Source: an uncultured Rhodobiaceae bacterium (GTDB taxonomy: Bacteria; Pseudomonadota; Alphaproteobacteria; Rhizobiales; TMED25). Taken from it: a stretch of DNA of 64,000 bases. The stretch covers positions 35,225 to 99,224 of the forward strand of contig CAJWEW010000001.1 of the NCBI GenBank assembly GCA_913030915.1. The letters run 5' to 3'. Below, piece by piece: positions 47,734-57,670 of this stretch (positions are counted from its first letter, which is position 1; every line of letters starts with the position of its first letter). The translations under genes and the position numbers were made by a program. The notes beneath the pieces were generated by a model. It was not told the origin of the DNA, did not search any database, and was given only the letters and a program-made list of their open reading frames with translations.

Positions 47734-48183
47734 TTACTCATCGTCACTTTTTGGGGTGATAATCAAATCGGACTCTTCAATGTCATCTTCTTCAACCAGA
47801 AAGTCATTATCGTCATCTTCAATCAATTCTTCATTCTCTATATCTGGGATATCGATATCATTTTCATTTATAAGCTCTTCTTCAGCTTCGTCGTCGAGAA
47901 TATCATCATCATCCATAATAATCGGATTATCATCTTCGATAACGCCTTTTTCCAAATTATTATCTAACGACTTTATTTCTGGCTGATCCCCTGTGTCATC
48001 TTGAGTAATTTCATCGATGATAGGAGTCTCTTGGGTCTTGAATTGAACTTTTGGTTCTTCAACTCCTTGTTGAACTTTTGTCTCACATACTGGACAAATA
48101 ATTTCATTTTTATTTAGATCATAGAATTTAACACCACATTCTAAGCAGGTGTGTTTGTTCCCTAATTCAGCTCTAGCCACCAC
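47734..48183 (-). CDS. FYDLN_acid (TIGR02300-type) zinc-ribbon protein with acidic tail
   Basis: 149 aa. 'GNKHTCLECGVKFYDLNKNEIICPVCETK' is followed by a D/E-rich tail. This is a conserved alphaproteobacterial neighbour of aroA. Confidence 0.8.
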   Translation of the reverse strand: MVARAELGNKHTCLECGVKFYDLNKNEIICPVCETKVQQGVEEPKVQFKTQETPIIDEITQDDTGDQPEIKSLDNNLEKGVIEDDNPIIMDDDDILDDEAEEELINENDIDIPDIENEELIEDDDNDFLVEEDDIEESDLIITPKSDDE

Positions 48184-48261
48184 AAAACCCTTTTTATATT
48201 TTATGCCAATTTAATACTATGTTATATAATGTAATATTATAGTATCTACATCTATATATAC

Positions 48262-49611
48262 ATGATCATGAAAATAAACAACAAAAATAATCCAGTCATT
48301 ATAGAGCCATCACATGGACTATCTGGCAGTATCGACACACCAAGTGATAAATCGATTTCCCATCGGGCTCTAATTCTTGGTTCTCTATGCCTTGGGGAGA
48401 CGAAAATTCATAATTTACTTACGTCGGAGGATATTTCTTCCACAATTTGTGCTTTGGTGCAGTTTGGTGCGAATATCAATATTAGCGAAGAGCAAAACAT
48501 TACAAAAATATACGGTATTGGTATTGGTGGATTATTGCAACCCAGTAAAAAAATCTATTTAGGAAACTCAGGTACTTCTGCGAGATTGCTCATTGGCCTT
48601 ATGTCAAGTTGTGATGTTTGTGTAGAGTTTGAAGGTGATCCATCACTGTCTAAACGGCCAATGGATAGAGTATTAAATCCTCTAAAGAAAATTGGTTTAG
48701 AAATTGTGAGCAATAAGCAAGAACATTTACCATTAAATCTGAAGGGCGCAGTTTTCCCTGTTCCGATAAATCATAAACTTGTTGTTCCATCAGCTCAAAT
48801 AAAGTCAGCTCTAATGCTCGCAGCACTAAACATTAAAGGCCGCTCTACAATAATAGAAACTATTAAAACTCGTGACCATTCAGAGAAATTATTTGAGTAT
48901 TTCGGTGCAGATATTCAAATAAGGATGAATGATATGGGCCATAAGGAAATAATGATAAATGGGCAAAAAAGACTCTCTCCGCGAGAGCTAGATATTCCTG
49001 GTGACCCAAGTTCAGCTGCGTTTTTTATCGTTGCAGCACTTATATCAAAAGGTTCTAAGCTGAGGATAAAAAATGTAATGATTAATCCAACGAGGTCATT
49101 GTTTATTGACTATTTGATCTCGATGGGGGCAAAAATAGACTTCTTGGATAAATATTCAAAATGTGGGGAAGAAGTTTCAGATATTGACGTTACTGCAAGT
49201 GATTTAAAAGGAGTTACAACAAGTTTGAATGACGCCCCAGCAATTATTGATGAATTTCTAATATTATCTGTTGCGGCAGCCTATGCAAAGGGTGAAAGTA
49301 AATTCTGCGGGGTTTCTGAATTAAAAGTAAAAGAGAGCGATCGCCTCGAAGCCATAATTAATATGTTAACAGCTTCAGGTGTTAAGTGTGAGACGAAGGA
49401 TGATGATCTCATTATATATGGGAATGGCGAAGTTCCCGGTGGCTCTACAATAAATTCCAATTATGATCATCGTGTGGCTATGTCAGCGTTTATTCTGGGG
49501 CTCGGTTCAAAAAGTCAAATTAGGATTGATGATGTTTCCCCTATCGCAACAAGTTTTCCAAATTTTATGGAAATTTATCAAGAAATAGGAGGAAATTTTC
49601 ATAGTGGATGA
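48262..49611 (+). CDS. aroA: 3-phosphoshikimate 1-carboxyvinyltransferase (EPSP synthase)
   Basis: 449 aa. 'PSDKSISHRALILGSL', 'LGNSGTSARLL' and 'ELKVKESDRL'. Confidence 0.95.
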   Translation: MIMKINNKNNPVIIEPSHGLSGSIDTPSDKSISHRALILGSLCLGETKIHNLLTSEDISSTICALVQFGANINISEEQNITKIYGIGIGGLLQPSKKIYLGNSGTSARLLIGLMSSCDVCVEFEGDPSLSKRPMDRVLNPLKKIGLEIVSNKQEHLPLNLKGAVFPVPINHKLVVPSAQIKSALMLAALNIKGRSTIIETIKTRDHSEKLFEYFGADIQIRMNDMGHKEIMINGQKRLSPRELDIPGDPSSAAFFIVAALISKGSKLRIKNVMINPTRSLFIDYLISMGAKIDFLDKYSKCGEEVSDIDVTASDLKGVTTSLNDAPAIIDEFLILSVAAAYAKGESKFCGVSELKVKESDRLEAIINMLTASGVKCETKDDDLIIYGNGEVPGGSTINSNYDHRVAMSAFILGLGSKSQIRIDDVSPIATSFPNFMEIYQEIGGNFHSG

Positions 49612-50227
49612 AAAAATAATCATTGCAATTGATGGCCCTGCTGCAAGTGGCAAGGGTACAGTTGCAAAAAAACTTGCAAAAATTTTCAACTTACCCCACT
49701 TAGACTCGGGTCAGCTATATAGGTACATCGCATATCAAGCGATAAAAAGTACAATCAATCCAAATAATAAGCCGGCACTCATAGAGTTAACTAATAAACT
49801 TGATTTTGATATCAGTGAAATTGAAGATTTAAGGAATGATGAAATATCGACTATTGCTTCAATTATATCACAATACAGTGAAATTCGTGACCAACTAATA
49901 GAATTCCAAAGAGACTTTGCTTCAAATGGAGCGGTTGTTGATGGCAGAGACATTGGGACCATAATTTTTCCGAATGCCGATTATAAATTTTATATAACTG
50001 CATCATTGGATCAAAGAACAGAAAGAAGATACCTGCAACTAAAGAAAGATAATGCCGAAATAGATAGAAATAATATCAAAAATGATATAAGTAATAGGGA
50101 TCTTAGGGATATTAATAGAGAAATTGCTCCTCTTAGGAAAGCGGATGACGCAATTGAAATTGATACAACTAAGATGAAAATTGATGATGTAATTGACTTT
50201 ATTGTAAAATACATACATAAAGGTTAA
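49604..50227 (+). CDS. cmk: Cytidylate kinase
   Basis: 207 aa. P-loop 'IAIDGPAASGKGTVAK' and 'VVDGRDIGTIIFP'. 8-bp overlap with aroA. Confidence 0.9.
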   Translation: MDEKIIIAIDGPAASGKGTVAKKLAKIFNLPHLDSGQLYRYIAYQAIKSTINPNNKPALIELTNKLDFDISEIEDLRNDEISTIASIISQYSEIRDQLIEFQRDFASNGAVVDGRDIGTIIFPNADYKFYITASLDQRTERRYLQLKKDNAEIDRNNIKNDISNRDLRDINREIAPLRKADDAIEIDTTKMKIDDVIDFIVKYIHKG

Positions 50228-50257
50228 AATTCTATACGAATTGGAGAATATTTATAA

Positions 50258-52093
50258 ATGGCAAAAAAAGAACTCGATAAGTTAAATCCGTCTGTTGATG
50301 ATTTTGCAGCTCTACTTGAAGAGAGTATGAGTAAAATAAACCTTTCTGAAGGAACTGTAATAAAAGGCAAGGTAACCGCTCTTGAGAATGACTTTGTGAT
50401 AGTTGATGTGGGGCTTAAAACAGAGGGTAGGATACCTGTACGAGAATTCAAATCAGCTTCCGGGCAAAGCATACCCAATATTGGTGATGATGTTGATGTT
50501 TACTTAGATAGAGTTGAAAATTCTAATGGAGAAGCTGTATTAAGCAGAGAAAAAGCAAGAAGACAAGAAAGCTGGAATAATCTAGAGAAACTACATGCGG
50601 ATGGTGTTCGAGTCGAGGGGGTAATTTTTGGTCGAGTGAAGGGTGGGTTCACCGTGGATCTTGACGGCGCAATCGCATTCCTTCCAGGAAGTCAAGTCGA
50701 TGTAAAACCTGTAAGAGATATTGGCGGCATGTTAAATGTATCTCAACCATTCCAAATCTTAAAAATGGATAGGAAAAGAGGTAATATTGTCGTTTCCAGA
50801 AGGGCAATTATTGAAGACTCAAAAGGGGACTACAATCACGAGCTTTCTGATAATCTTGAAGAGGGTCAGACCCTTGATGGTATTGTTAAAAACATAACAG
50901 ACTATGGAGCATTTATTGACCTCGGTGGAATGGATGGTTTACTGCATGTAACGGATATCTCATGGAAAAGAGTTAATCACCCAAGTGATTTATTAAAGGT
51001 AGGTCAATCAGTCAAAGTTCAAGTTACCAAAATAAATGCAGAAAGTAAAAGAGTTAGCCTTGGAATGAAGCAACTCGAGGCTGACCCATGGGAAGGCATT
51101 GCCGAAAAGTATCCAATAAATACAAAATTAAAGGGTAACGTTACCAATATTACGGACTATGGTGCTTTCGTTGAAATTGAACCTGGGATCGAAGGTCTTA
51201 CACATGTCTCAGAAATGAGTTGGACTAAGAAAAATATACATCCAGGGAAAATTGTATCCAGCTCACAAGAGGTAGATGTTGTGATTTTGGAGATAGATTA
51301 TGAAAAAAGAAGAATTTCTCTCGGGATGAAGCAGTGTGTAGAGAATCCATGGGCAAAATTTGCAGAGAATTATCCTATTGGCTCGGTTGTAAACGGTGAA
51401 GTAAAGAATGCAACAGAATTTGGTTTATTTGTAGGACTGGAGGGTGATCTTGATGGTATGATTCACCTGTCAGATTTAGACTGGAATGAGAAGCCCGAAG
51501 TCTCTCTTGAGAGGTATGTAAAGGGAGATACAATCAATGTAAAAGTGCTTGATATTGATGTAGAAAAAGAGAGAATAAGTCTTGGTGTTAAGCAATTATC
51601 TGACGATCCTTTTTCTGGTCTCAGCCAAATTAAAAAAGGAGATACGGTAACATGTTACATAACTAATATTCGAGATGGCGGCTTGGATGTTACAATTGGT
51701 AAGGACGGGGTTCCAAGTTCTATCAAAAGGACAGACTTATCCGTAGATAAATCTGAGCAGAAACCAGACAGATTTGATGTTGGTGAGATGGTTGATGCAA
51801 AGGTAACCCAGATCGATGCAAAAAGTAATAAACTCACATTATCAATAAAAAGTTTACAAATTGATCAAGAAAAAGAAGCTGTAGAACAATACGGATCTGC
51901 AGACTCTGGCGCTTCACTGGGTGATATCCTAGGGGAAGCATTAAATATCGCCAACGAGCAGGGAGAAATTGAAGCTCCTGCGGACTCTGCTGATACGGCT
52001 AAGAAAACAGTGAAGAAAGCAAATCCAAAAGCTGAAAAAAAAGATAAAGCAGAAAAGGAAGAAAAAACTAAAGACTCAAAGACTTCAAAATAA
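50258..52093 (+). CDS. rpsA: 30S ribosomal protein S1
   Basis: 611 aa with six S1 OB-fold repeats ('GIVKNITDYGAFIDLGGMDGLLHVTDISW' and similar), plus a Lys/Glu-rich C-terminal tail. Confidence 0.95.
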   Translation: MAKKELDKLNPSVDDFAALLEESMSKINLSEGTVIKGKVTALENDFVIVDVGLKTEGRIPVREFKSASGQSIPNIGDDVDVYLDRVENSNGEAVLSREKARRQESWNNLEKLHADGVRVEGVIFGRVKGGFTVDLDGAIAFLPGSQVDVKPVRDIGGMLNVSQPFQILKMDRKRGNIVVSRRAIIEDSKGDYNHELSDNLEEGQTLDGIVKNITDYGAFIDLGGMDGLLHVTDISWKRVNHPSDLLKVGQSVKVQVTKINAESKRVSLGMKQLEADPWEGIAEKYPINTKLKGNVTNITDYGAFVEIEPGIEGLTHVSEMSWTKKNIHPGKIVSSSQEVDVVILEIDYEKRRISLGMKQCVENPWAKFAENYPIGSVVNGEVKNATEFGLFVGLEGDLDGMIHLSDLDWNEKPEVSLERYVKGDTINVKVLDIDVEKERISLGVKQLSDDPFSGLSQIKKGDTVTCYITNIRDGGLDVTIGKDGVPSSIKRTDLSVDKSEQKPDRFDVGEMVDAKVTQIDAKSNKLTLSIKSLQIDQEKEAVEQYGSADSGASLGDILGEALNIANEQGEIEAPADSADTAKKTVKKANPKAEKKDKAEKEEKTKDSKTSK

Positions 52094-52147
52094 GTAAGTC
52101 AAATATTGGGCAACTCGTGATATGGACTCAAGTCAAGCAGTGATAAA

Positions 52148-53086
52148 ATGGTCTTTAATAACTCAGCAGAAATAAAATGGTATCGTAGAAAACTATTTAT
52201 ATGGCGGATCTTCTCATTCGTTTTAATAGTATCTCTATTCTTCATTTTTTTTACTAACCCAAACACAAATATTAGCTCGAAACCGCACATTGCAAACTAC
52301 AGTATTGATGGTTTACTTGTAAACGCAGATCAGATTTTAGAAGATTTAGAGTATTTGGAATATGAAGATAGCGTTAAAGCAATAATCATTACTGTCGATA
52401 GTCCAGGCGGAACAACTGTTAGTGCAGAAGAGATTTTTTTAAAAATCAGATCTATATCATCAAAAAAACCAATAGTTGTGGTCATGAAGAATATCGCAAC
52501 TTCCGGAGCATATTTATTTTCCATTGGTGCAGACAGAATATTTGCACGTGAGAATACGATTACCGGGTCAGTTGGTGTCCTGCTTCAATGGGCAAGGATT
52601 GATCAAGGACTCGAAAAGCTGGGCGTTGAGATGAAAGAGGTTAAGAGCGGTAATTTAAAAGCAGAGCCAGATCTTTTTGGTGAGTCTGATGAAGAGGCTA
52701 TAGCATTAACCCAAAGAATCGTTGACGAAACTTATACATGGTTTCTTAATCTAGTTAAAGAACGCAGAGAAATTGGAGAATATGTAGTTAGACAGATATC
52801 AGACGGGAGAATTTTAACAGGTAGGCAAGCTCTAGAATTAAATTTGATCGACGAGATAGGTGGTAATAATGAAGCAAAATTGTGGTTAATTGAAAATAAA
52901 GCAGTAAATACTGATCTCGAAATTCTGATCTATGGTCAAAATAAGAATACTAATTTTATTGAACTAAGTGTTGCAAAAATCATGGATTATTTTAATATAA
53001 ATTCATCATATGGGAATGGTTTAAAGAATAATCTCTCACTGATAAATATTGACGGTCTTTTATCCATTTGGCAGCATCCAAGTTGA
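52148..53086 (+). CDS. sppA: Signal peptide peptidase SppA (36K type)
   Basis: 312 aa with an N-terminal TM helix. 'VDSPGGTTVSAEE' and 'ATSGAYLFSIGADRIFA...GSVGV'. Confidence 0.85.
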   Translation: MVFNNSAEIKWYRRKLFIWRIFSFVLIVSLFFIFFTNPNTNISSKPHIANYSIDGLLVNADQILEDLEYLEYEDSVKAIIITVDSPGGTTVSAEEIFLKIRSISSKKPIVVVMKNIATSGAYLFSIGADRIFARENTITGSVGVLLQWARIDQGLEKLGVEMKEVKSGNLKAEPDLFGESDEEAIALTQRIVDETYTWFLNLVKERREIGEYVVRQISDGRILTGRQALELNLIDEIGGNNEAKLWLIENKAVNTDLEILIYGQNKNTNFIELSVAKIMDYFNINSSYGNGLKNNLSLINIDGLLSIWQHPS

Positions 53087-53103
53087 TAACTTCTGGGGAA
53101 AAT

Positions 53104-53388
53104 ATGAAGAAATCAGAATTAATTGACCAACTAGCTAGAGAGTATCCTCACTTATATCATAGGGATATTGAAAAAGTGGTTGACGTATTTTATAACTCAA
53201 TCTCCGAGGCTTTAGCTAATGGTCAAAGAGTGGAACTCAGAGGATTTGGTGCATTTTCAATAAAAGAAAGAGGCCCTCGGATAGGAAGAAACCCAAAAAA
53301 CGGTGAGAGAGTTGCGGTACCAAAGAAAAAATCAGTTTATTACAAGCCAGGTAAAGAACTCAAGGAACGTATCAATAGCAGCAGCTAA
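53104..53388 (+). CDS. ihfB: Integration host factor subunit beta
   Basis: The track ORF starts at 53068. The ATG at 53104 gives 'MKKSELIDQLAREYPHL...RVELRGFGAFSIKERGPRIGRNPKNGERVAVP', the HU/IHF fold. Confidence 0.9.
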   Translation: MKKSELIDQLAREYPHLYHRDIEKVVDVFYNSISEALANGQRVELRGFGAFSIKERGPRIGRNPKNGERVAVPKKKSVYYKPGKELKERINSSS

Positions 53389-53414
53389 TAATCTAATCAA
53401 AGAGGAGTGGTAGT

Positions 53415-54131
53415 TTGACTTTTAAAAATAAAAATGCCCTTTTCTGCGCTCTTGATATGCGAAGTATCGACCAAGCGGTGACTTTCACAAGTAGCATTAA
53501 AGATTACATTGACGGCATAAAGATTGGAATGGAAGCTTTTTATTCAATGGGTATTGATGGGTATTTAAGATTACAAGATTTAAATATACCAATATTTTTA
53601 GATTTAAAATTACACGATATTCCCAACACAGTAAAATCAGCAATAAAATCCTTAATCCCACTTAATCCGTTTATGATTAATGTTCACATATCGGGGGGCG
53701 CCGAGATGCTAAGAGCTGCAGTTGGTGCAATTCACGAAAGTAAAGAGAGCAAGCCAAAACTGGTTGGAGTAACAATATTGACTAGTATGAATGAGTATAG
53801 CTTTGAAGAACAAGGAATGAAACTTAATGTCCAAGATCAGGTAATTAATCTTGCAACTTTAGCTGCTGATTGTGGACTTGACGGTGTTGTTTGTAGTCCA
53901 TATGAGGCAGGTAAGGTGAAAAGTAAATGTGGTAAGGACTTTTTAACAGTGGTTCCGGGTATTAGGCTAGACAAAACAGAGTCTGATGATCAAAAAAGAA
54001 CGCTGACACCATATGAAGCTGTTCGGAATGGTGCAGACATACTCGTTGTTGGAAGACCGCTCACAAAAGCGAATGATCCACTGGAAGTTGCCAAAATAAT
54101 CAGAAAGAATATCGACGGTTATGCGAATTAA
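53415..54131 (+). CDS. pyrF: Orotidine 5'-phosphate decarboxylase
   Basis: 238 aa with a TTG start. 'FLDLKLHDIPNTV' and 'DILVVGRPLTKANDP'. Confidence 0.9.
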   Translation: MTFKNKNALFCALDMRSIDQAVTFTSSIKDYIDGIKIGMEAFYSMGIDGYLRLQDLNIPIFLDLKLHDIPNTVKSAIKSLIPLNPFMINVHISGGAEMLRAAVGAIHESKESKPKLVGVTILTSMNEYSFEEQGMKLNVQDQVINLATLAADCGLDGVVCSPYEAGKVKSKCGKDFLTVVPGIRLDKTESDDQKRTLTPYEAVRNGADILVVGRPLTKANDPLEVAKIIRKNIDGYAN

Positions 54132-54774
54132 AATAAAGATTTGTGGGGTCAGTGAAGAAGATAACATCAAGTGTTGTATAGATAATTCAATAGATATGAT
54201 TGGATTCGTATTCTATCAAAATAGCCCGCGTAATATTTCAATTTTAAAGGCTAAAAATTTATATCAAGAGTTTGGTCGAGATATTAACATTGTGGGGCTA
54301 GTAGTTGATCCTGATGAAAGCCTAATAGAAACACTAGTAAATGAAATTGGGATAAAGATGATACAGTTTCATGGTGATGAAGATTTAGGAAAATTACTGA
54401 ACTTAAAATCAAAATATAATATACAAATTATCAAGGCCATAAATATAAATGAGAGTACTGATAAAACGCAATTGATGGAACTTCAAAGTAATATAGATTA
54501 TTTATTATTCGATGCTCCCCAACCTAAAGCAGCCACCAGACCGGGTGGTAATGGTAATCGTTTTGATTGGAACTTAATTAATAACTACAAAATATACCCC
54601 AATTGGATACTATCAGGCGGATTAAGTCCTGAAAATATCGGTGATGCCATCGAAGCCACTGGTGCGAATTTTGTTGATGTATCATCGGGGGTTGAGAATA
54701 TTGATGGCATCAAAGATAATGATTTGATAACAAAATTTATTTATAATGCAAGAAATTACATGGAGAAAAATTAA
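54121..54774 (+). CDS. trpF: Phosphoribosylanthranilate isomerase
   Basis: 217 aa. 'IKICGV', 'IQFHGDE', and 'LSGGLSPENI...VDVSSGVE'. Confidence 0.9.
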   Translation: MRIKIKICGVSEEDNIKCCIDNSIDMIGFVFYQNSPRNISILKAKNLYQEFGRDINIVGLVVDPDESLIETLVNEIGIKMIQFHGDEDLGKLLNLKSKYNIQIIKAININESTDKTQLMELQSNIDYLLFDAPQPKAATRPGGNGNRFDWNLINNYKIYPNWILSGGLSPENIGDAIEATGANFVDVSSGVENIDGIKDNDLITKFIYNARNYMEKN

Positions 54775-54777
54775 GAG

Positions 54778-55989
54778 ATGGATAAGTTAAACTCTTATAA
54801 ACTTGGGCCCGATCAAAATGGAAGGTTCGGGATATTTGGGGGAAGATTTGTTGCTGAGACATTGATGCCTCTTATATTAGATCTTGAGAAGTCATATCAG
54901 CTAGCAAAGAAAGATGATAGTTTCCAATCTGAGCTGGCTTATTTAAATAAATATTATACAGGGAGACCAAGCCCACTTTATTTTGCGGAAAGATTAACTA
55001 ACTACCTCAATACAGCAAAAATTTATTTTAAAAGGGATGAACTTAATCATACAGGTAGTCATAAAATTAATAATTGTTTAGGCCAAATATTATTGGCAAG
55101 AAGAATGGGAAAAACAAGAATAATCGCAGAGACAGGTGCAGGACAACACGGGGTTGCCGTTGCCACAGTATCTGCAAGATTTGGACTTCCATGTGTGATT
55201 TATATGGGGGCAAAAGATATTGAGAGACAAAAGCCAAATGTCTTTAGAATGAAGCTACTTGGAGCTGAGGTTGTTCCTGTAAGATCTGGCAATGCAACAT
55301 TAAAAGATGCCATGAATGAAGCCCTAAGAGATTGGGTAGCAAATGTTAATGATACATTCTATATAATTGGAACTGTGGCCGGACCTCACCCATACCCTGA
55401 AATGGTTCGCGATTTCCAGTCAATAATTGGGAAAGAAACAAAAGAGCAGATTCTTGATCAGGAGGGACGTCTACCAGATCAACTGATAGCGTGTATTGGT
55501 GGAGGATCTAATGCAATGGGTCTATTTTATCCCTTTCTAGATGATACAAGCGTGAAGATAACAGGAATTGAGGCTGGGGGCATGGGGCTTCAAGGAGAGA
55601 AGCATTGTGCCAGCCTAACAGCAGGAAGACCTGGTGTTTTACATGGAAATAGAACTTATCTTTTGCAAGATGATGATGGGCAAATAATTGAAGGTCATTC
55701 AATTTCCGCTGGTCTTGATTATCCGGGGATCGGTCCAGAGCATGCTTGGCTTAAAGAGTCAGGGAGGGTTGAATATATTGCAATTACAGATAGTGAAGCC
55801 GTCGAAGCCTTTAAAATATGTACAAAAACAGAGGGAATAATACCTGCACTAGAGCCATCTCATGCAATAGCTCACTTAATAAATATAGCGCCGAACTTAT
55901 CAAAGAATGATCTTGTGGTTATGAATTTGTGTGGAAGAGGCGATAAAGATATTTTTACCATAGCGGAACACTTGAATATGGAGATATAA
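54778..55989 (+). CDS. trpB: Tryptophan synthase beta chain
   Basis: 403 aa. '[15 protein letters not shown]' (PLP lysine), '[10 protein letters not shown]' and 'GGGSNAMG'. Confidence 0.97.
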   Translation: MDKLNSYKLGPDQNGRFGIFGGRFVAETLMPLILDLEKSYQLAKKDDSFQSELAYLNKYYTGRPSPLYFAERLTNYLNTAKIYFKRDELNHTGSHKINNCLGQILLARRMGKTRIIAETGAGQHGVAVATVSARFGLPCVIYMGAKDIERQKPNVFRMKLLGAEVVPVRSGNATLKDAMNEALRDWVANVNDTFYIIGTVAGPHPYPEMVRDFQSIIGKETKEQILDQEGRLPDQLIACIGGGSNAMGLFYPFLDDTSVKITGIEAGGMGLQGEKHCASLTAGRPGVLHGNRTYLLQDDDGQIIEGHSISAGLDYPGIGPEHAWLKESGRVEYIAITDSEAVEAFKICTKTEGIIPALEPSHAIAHLINIAPNLSKNDLVVMNLCGRGDKDIFTIAEHLNMEI

Positions 55990-56787
55990 TTGACTGAGCG
56001 CATCGATAATTGTTTTAATAAACTTAAACTAATCAATAAAAAAGCCTTAATAACTTTCTTAACTGCGGGCGATCCAAATTATGATCTATCACTGGAGCTA
56101 ATAAAGTCATTACCAGAAGCTGGCGCGGATATTGTTGAAATTGGAATGCCGTTTAGTGATCCAATGGCTGATGGACCCGCAATACAGGCGTCATCACTCA
56201 GGGCGATAAACTCGGGTCATAAAATGGAAAAGACCTTTGAAATGATTGAGAGTTTTCGGAAAAATAATTCCCACACACCAATAATTTTGATGGGATATTT
56301 TAATCCAATATATAATTATGGGGTTAGGAATTTTATAGAAAAGATTATAGATATTCAGGTTGACGGCGTCATAGTAGTTGATTTACCTCCAGAAGAGGAT
56401 AATGAACTTTGTGACGCACTTGAAAGTGCTAATGTTTCATTTATTAGATTAGTTACTCCCACAACAACACCGGACAGACTCAATAAAATTCTTCAAAAAA
56501 CATCAGGATTTTTATATTATGTATCCATAGCTGGGATTACGGGTTCAAAGAGACCAGAGATTAATGAAGTTAAGACTGCAGTCCAAGTTATAAAAACAAA
56601 AACAAAAATCCCAGTAAGTGTCGGATTTGGCATTAGGACAAAAGAGGATGTTAAGAGGGTTAGTATTTTTTCAGATGGGGTGATTGTAGGCTCAGTATTA
56701 GTTGACATAATAAAAGATAATCAGCGAGAGGCTGACATTAAAAATAAAATAGTAAAAACAGTAAAAGAATTTGCAAGCGCGGTATAA
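55990..56787 (+). CDS. trpA: Tryptophan synthase alpha chain
   Basis: 265 aa with a TTG start abutting the trpB stop. 'GADIVEIGMPFSDPMADGPAIQ' and 'YYVSIAGITG'. Confidence 0.95.
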   Translation: MTERIDNCFNKLKLINKKALITFLTAGDPNYDLSLELIKSLPEAGADIVEIGMPFSDPMADGPAIQASSLRAINSGHKMEKTFEMIESFRKNNSHTPIILMGYFNPIYNYGVRNFIEKIIDIQVDGVIVVDLPPEEDNELCDALESANVSFIRLVTPTTTPDRLNKILQKTSGFLYYVSIAGITGSKRPEINEVKTAVQVIKTKTKIPVSVGFGIRTKEDVKRVSIFSDGVIVGSVLVDIIKDNQREADIKNKIVKTVKEFASAV

Positions 56788-56807
56788 TTTTCAATTAGGA
56801 ATGATGA

Positions 56808-57653
56808 ATGAGCTGGATTAATAATATAGTCACACCAAAAATAAAGCAGATTTTGACAAAAAAGGATGTCCCAGACAATCTTTGGATAAAATGCCCTGAG
56901 AGTGGAGAAATGGTATTTCATAAGGATTTAGAGGCAAATCAATGGGTAGTTCCAGGATCGAACTATCATATGAAAATCTCTGCAAAAAAAAGACTCGATC
57001 TTCTTTATGACGACGAATACAGCGTTATTGGTGCTGATGTTGACGTTTCAGATCCTCTCAAGTTTAAGGATGAAAAAAAATATATTGACAGATTAAGGGA
57101 TGCTAGAAAAAAAACTGGTTTAGTTGACGCAGTTGTTGTATCTCGCGGAAATCTTGGTGGTATTCCAGTCATTTGTGTTGTTCAAGATTTTTCATTCATG
57201 GGCGGATCTTTGGGGGTAGCTGCCGGGGAAGCCATCATAAAAGCCATGGGTACAGCACTACAGACGTCTTCACCTGTGATTTTATTTGCTGCAGCGGGGG
57301 GTGCCCGTATGCAGGAGGGTATATTATCTTTGATGCAAATGCCAAGGACAACAATTGCTGTACAAAAATTGAATGAGGCAAAAATACCATATATTGTTGT
57401 TTTAACAAATCCAACAACAGGTGGGGTAACAGCCTCATACGCAATGTTAGGCGATATACATATAGCTGAGCCAGGCGCTTTAATCGGGTTCGCGGGGCCA
57501 AGAGTTATAGAACAAACAATCAAAGAAAAATTACCTGAGGGCTTTCAGAGATCTGAATATCTCTTAGAACATGGTATGATTGATATGGTAGTTCACAGGC
57601 ATGATCTCAGGAGTAAGCTTATTACTATTTGCAAACACCTTCTCAATAAATAA
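56808..57653 (+). CDS. accD: Acetyl-CoA carboxylase carboxyltransferase subunit beta
   Basis: 281 aa. 'FSFMGGSLG', 'GGARMQEG' and '[15 protein letters not shown]'. The N-terminus '[23 protein letters not shown]' is the alphaproteobacterial form without the Cys4 zinc ribbon. Confidence 0.93.
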   Translation: MSWINNIVTPKIKQILTKKDVPDNLWIKCPESGEMVFHKDLEANQWVVPGSNYHMKISAKKRLDLLYDDEYSVIGADVDVSDPLKFKDEKKYIDRLRDARKKTGLVDAVVVSRGNLGGIPVICVVQDFSFMGGSLGVAAGEAIIKAMGTALQTSSPVILFAAAGGARMQEGILSLMQMPRTTIAVQKLNEAKIPYIVVLTNPTTGGVTASYAMLGDIHIAEPGALIGFAGPRVIEQTIKEKLPEGFQRSEYLLEHGMIDMVVHRHDLRSKLITICKHLLNK

Positions 57654-57670
57654 TACATCAATCACACTTT

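Noticed and set aside
47723-47986. Two plus-strand ORFs (87 and 78 aa) with striking Ser-rich or Ile/Phe-rich low-complexity translations
   Set aside because: They are antisense to the D/E-rich tail of the FYDLN_acid gene (47734-48183, minus strand). GAT/GAA-rich codons read backwards give TC/TT-rich codons. The minus-strand gene has the conserved zinc-ribbon motif, and these ORFs have no independent support.
57173-57523. Cluster of overlapping alternative-frame ORFs (67, 113 and 88 aa) inside accD
   Set aside because: accD is unambiguous ('FSFMGGSLG', 'GGARMQEG'). The extra ORFs arise because this conserved segment is GC-richer and therefore stop-poor in other frames.
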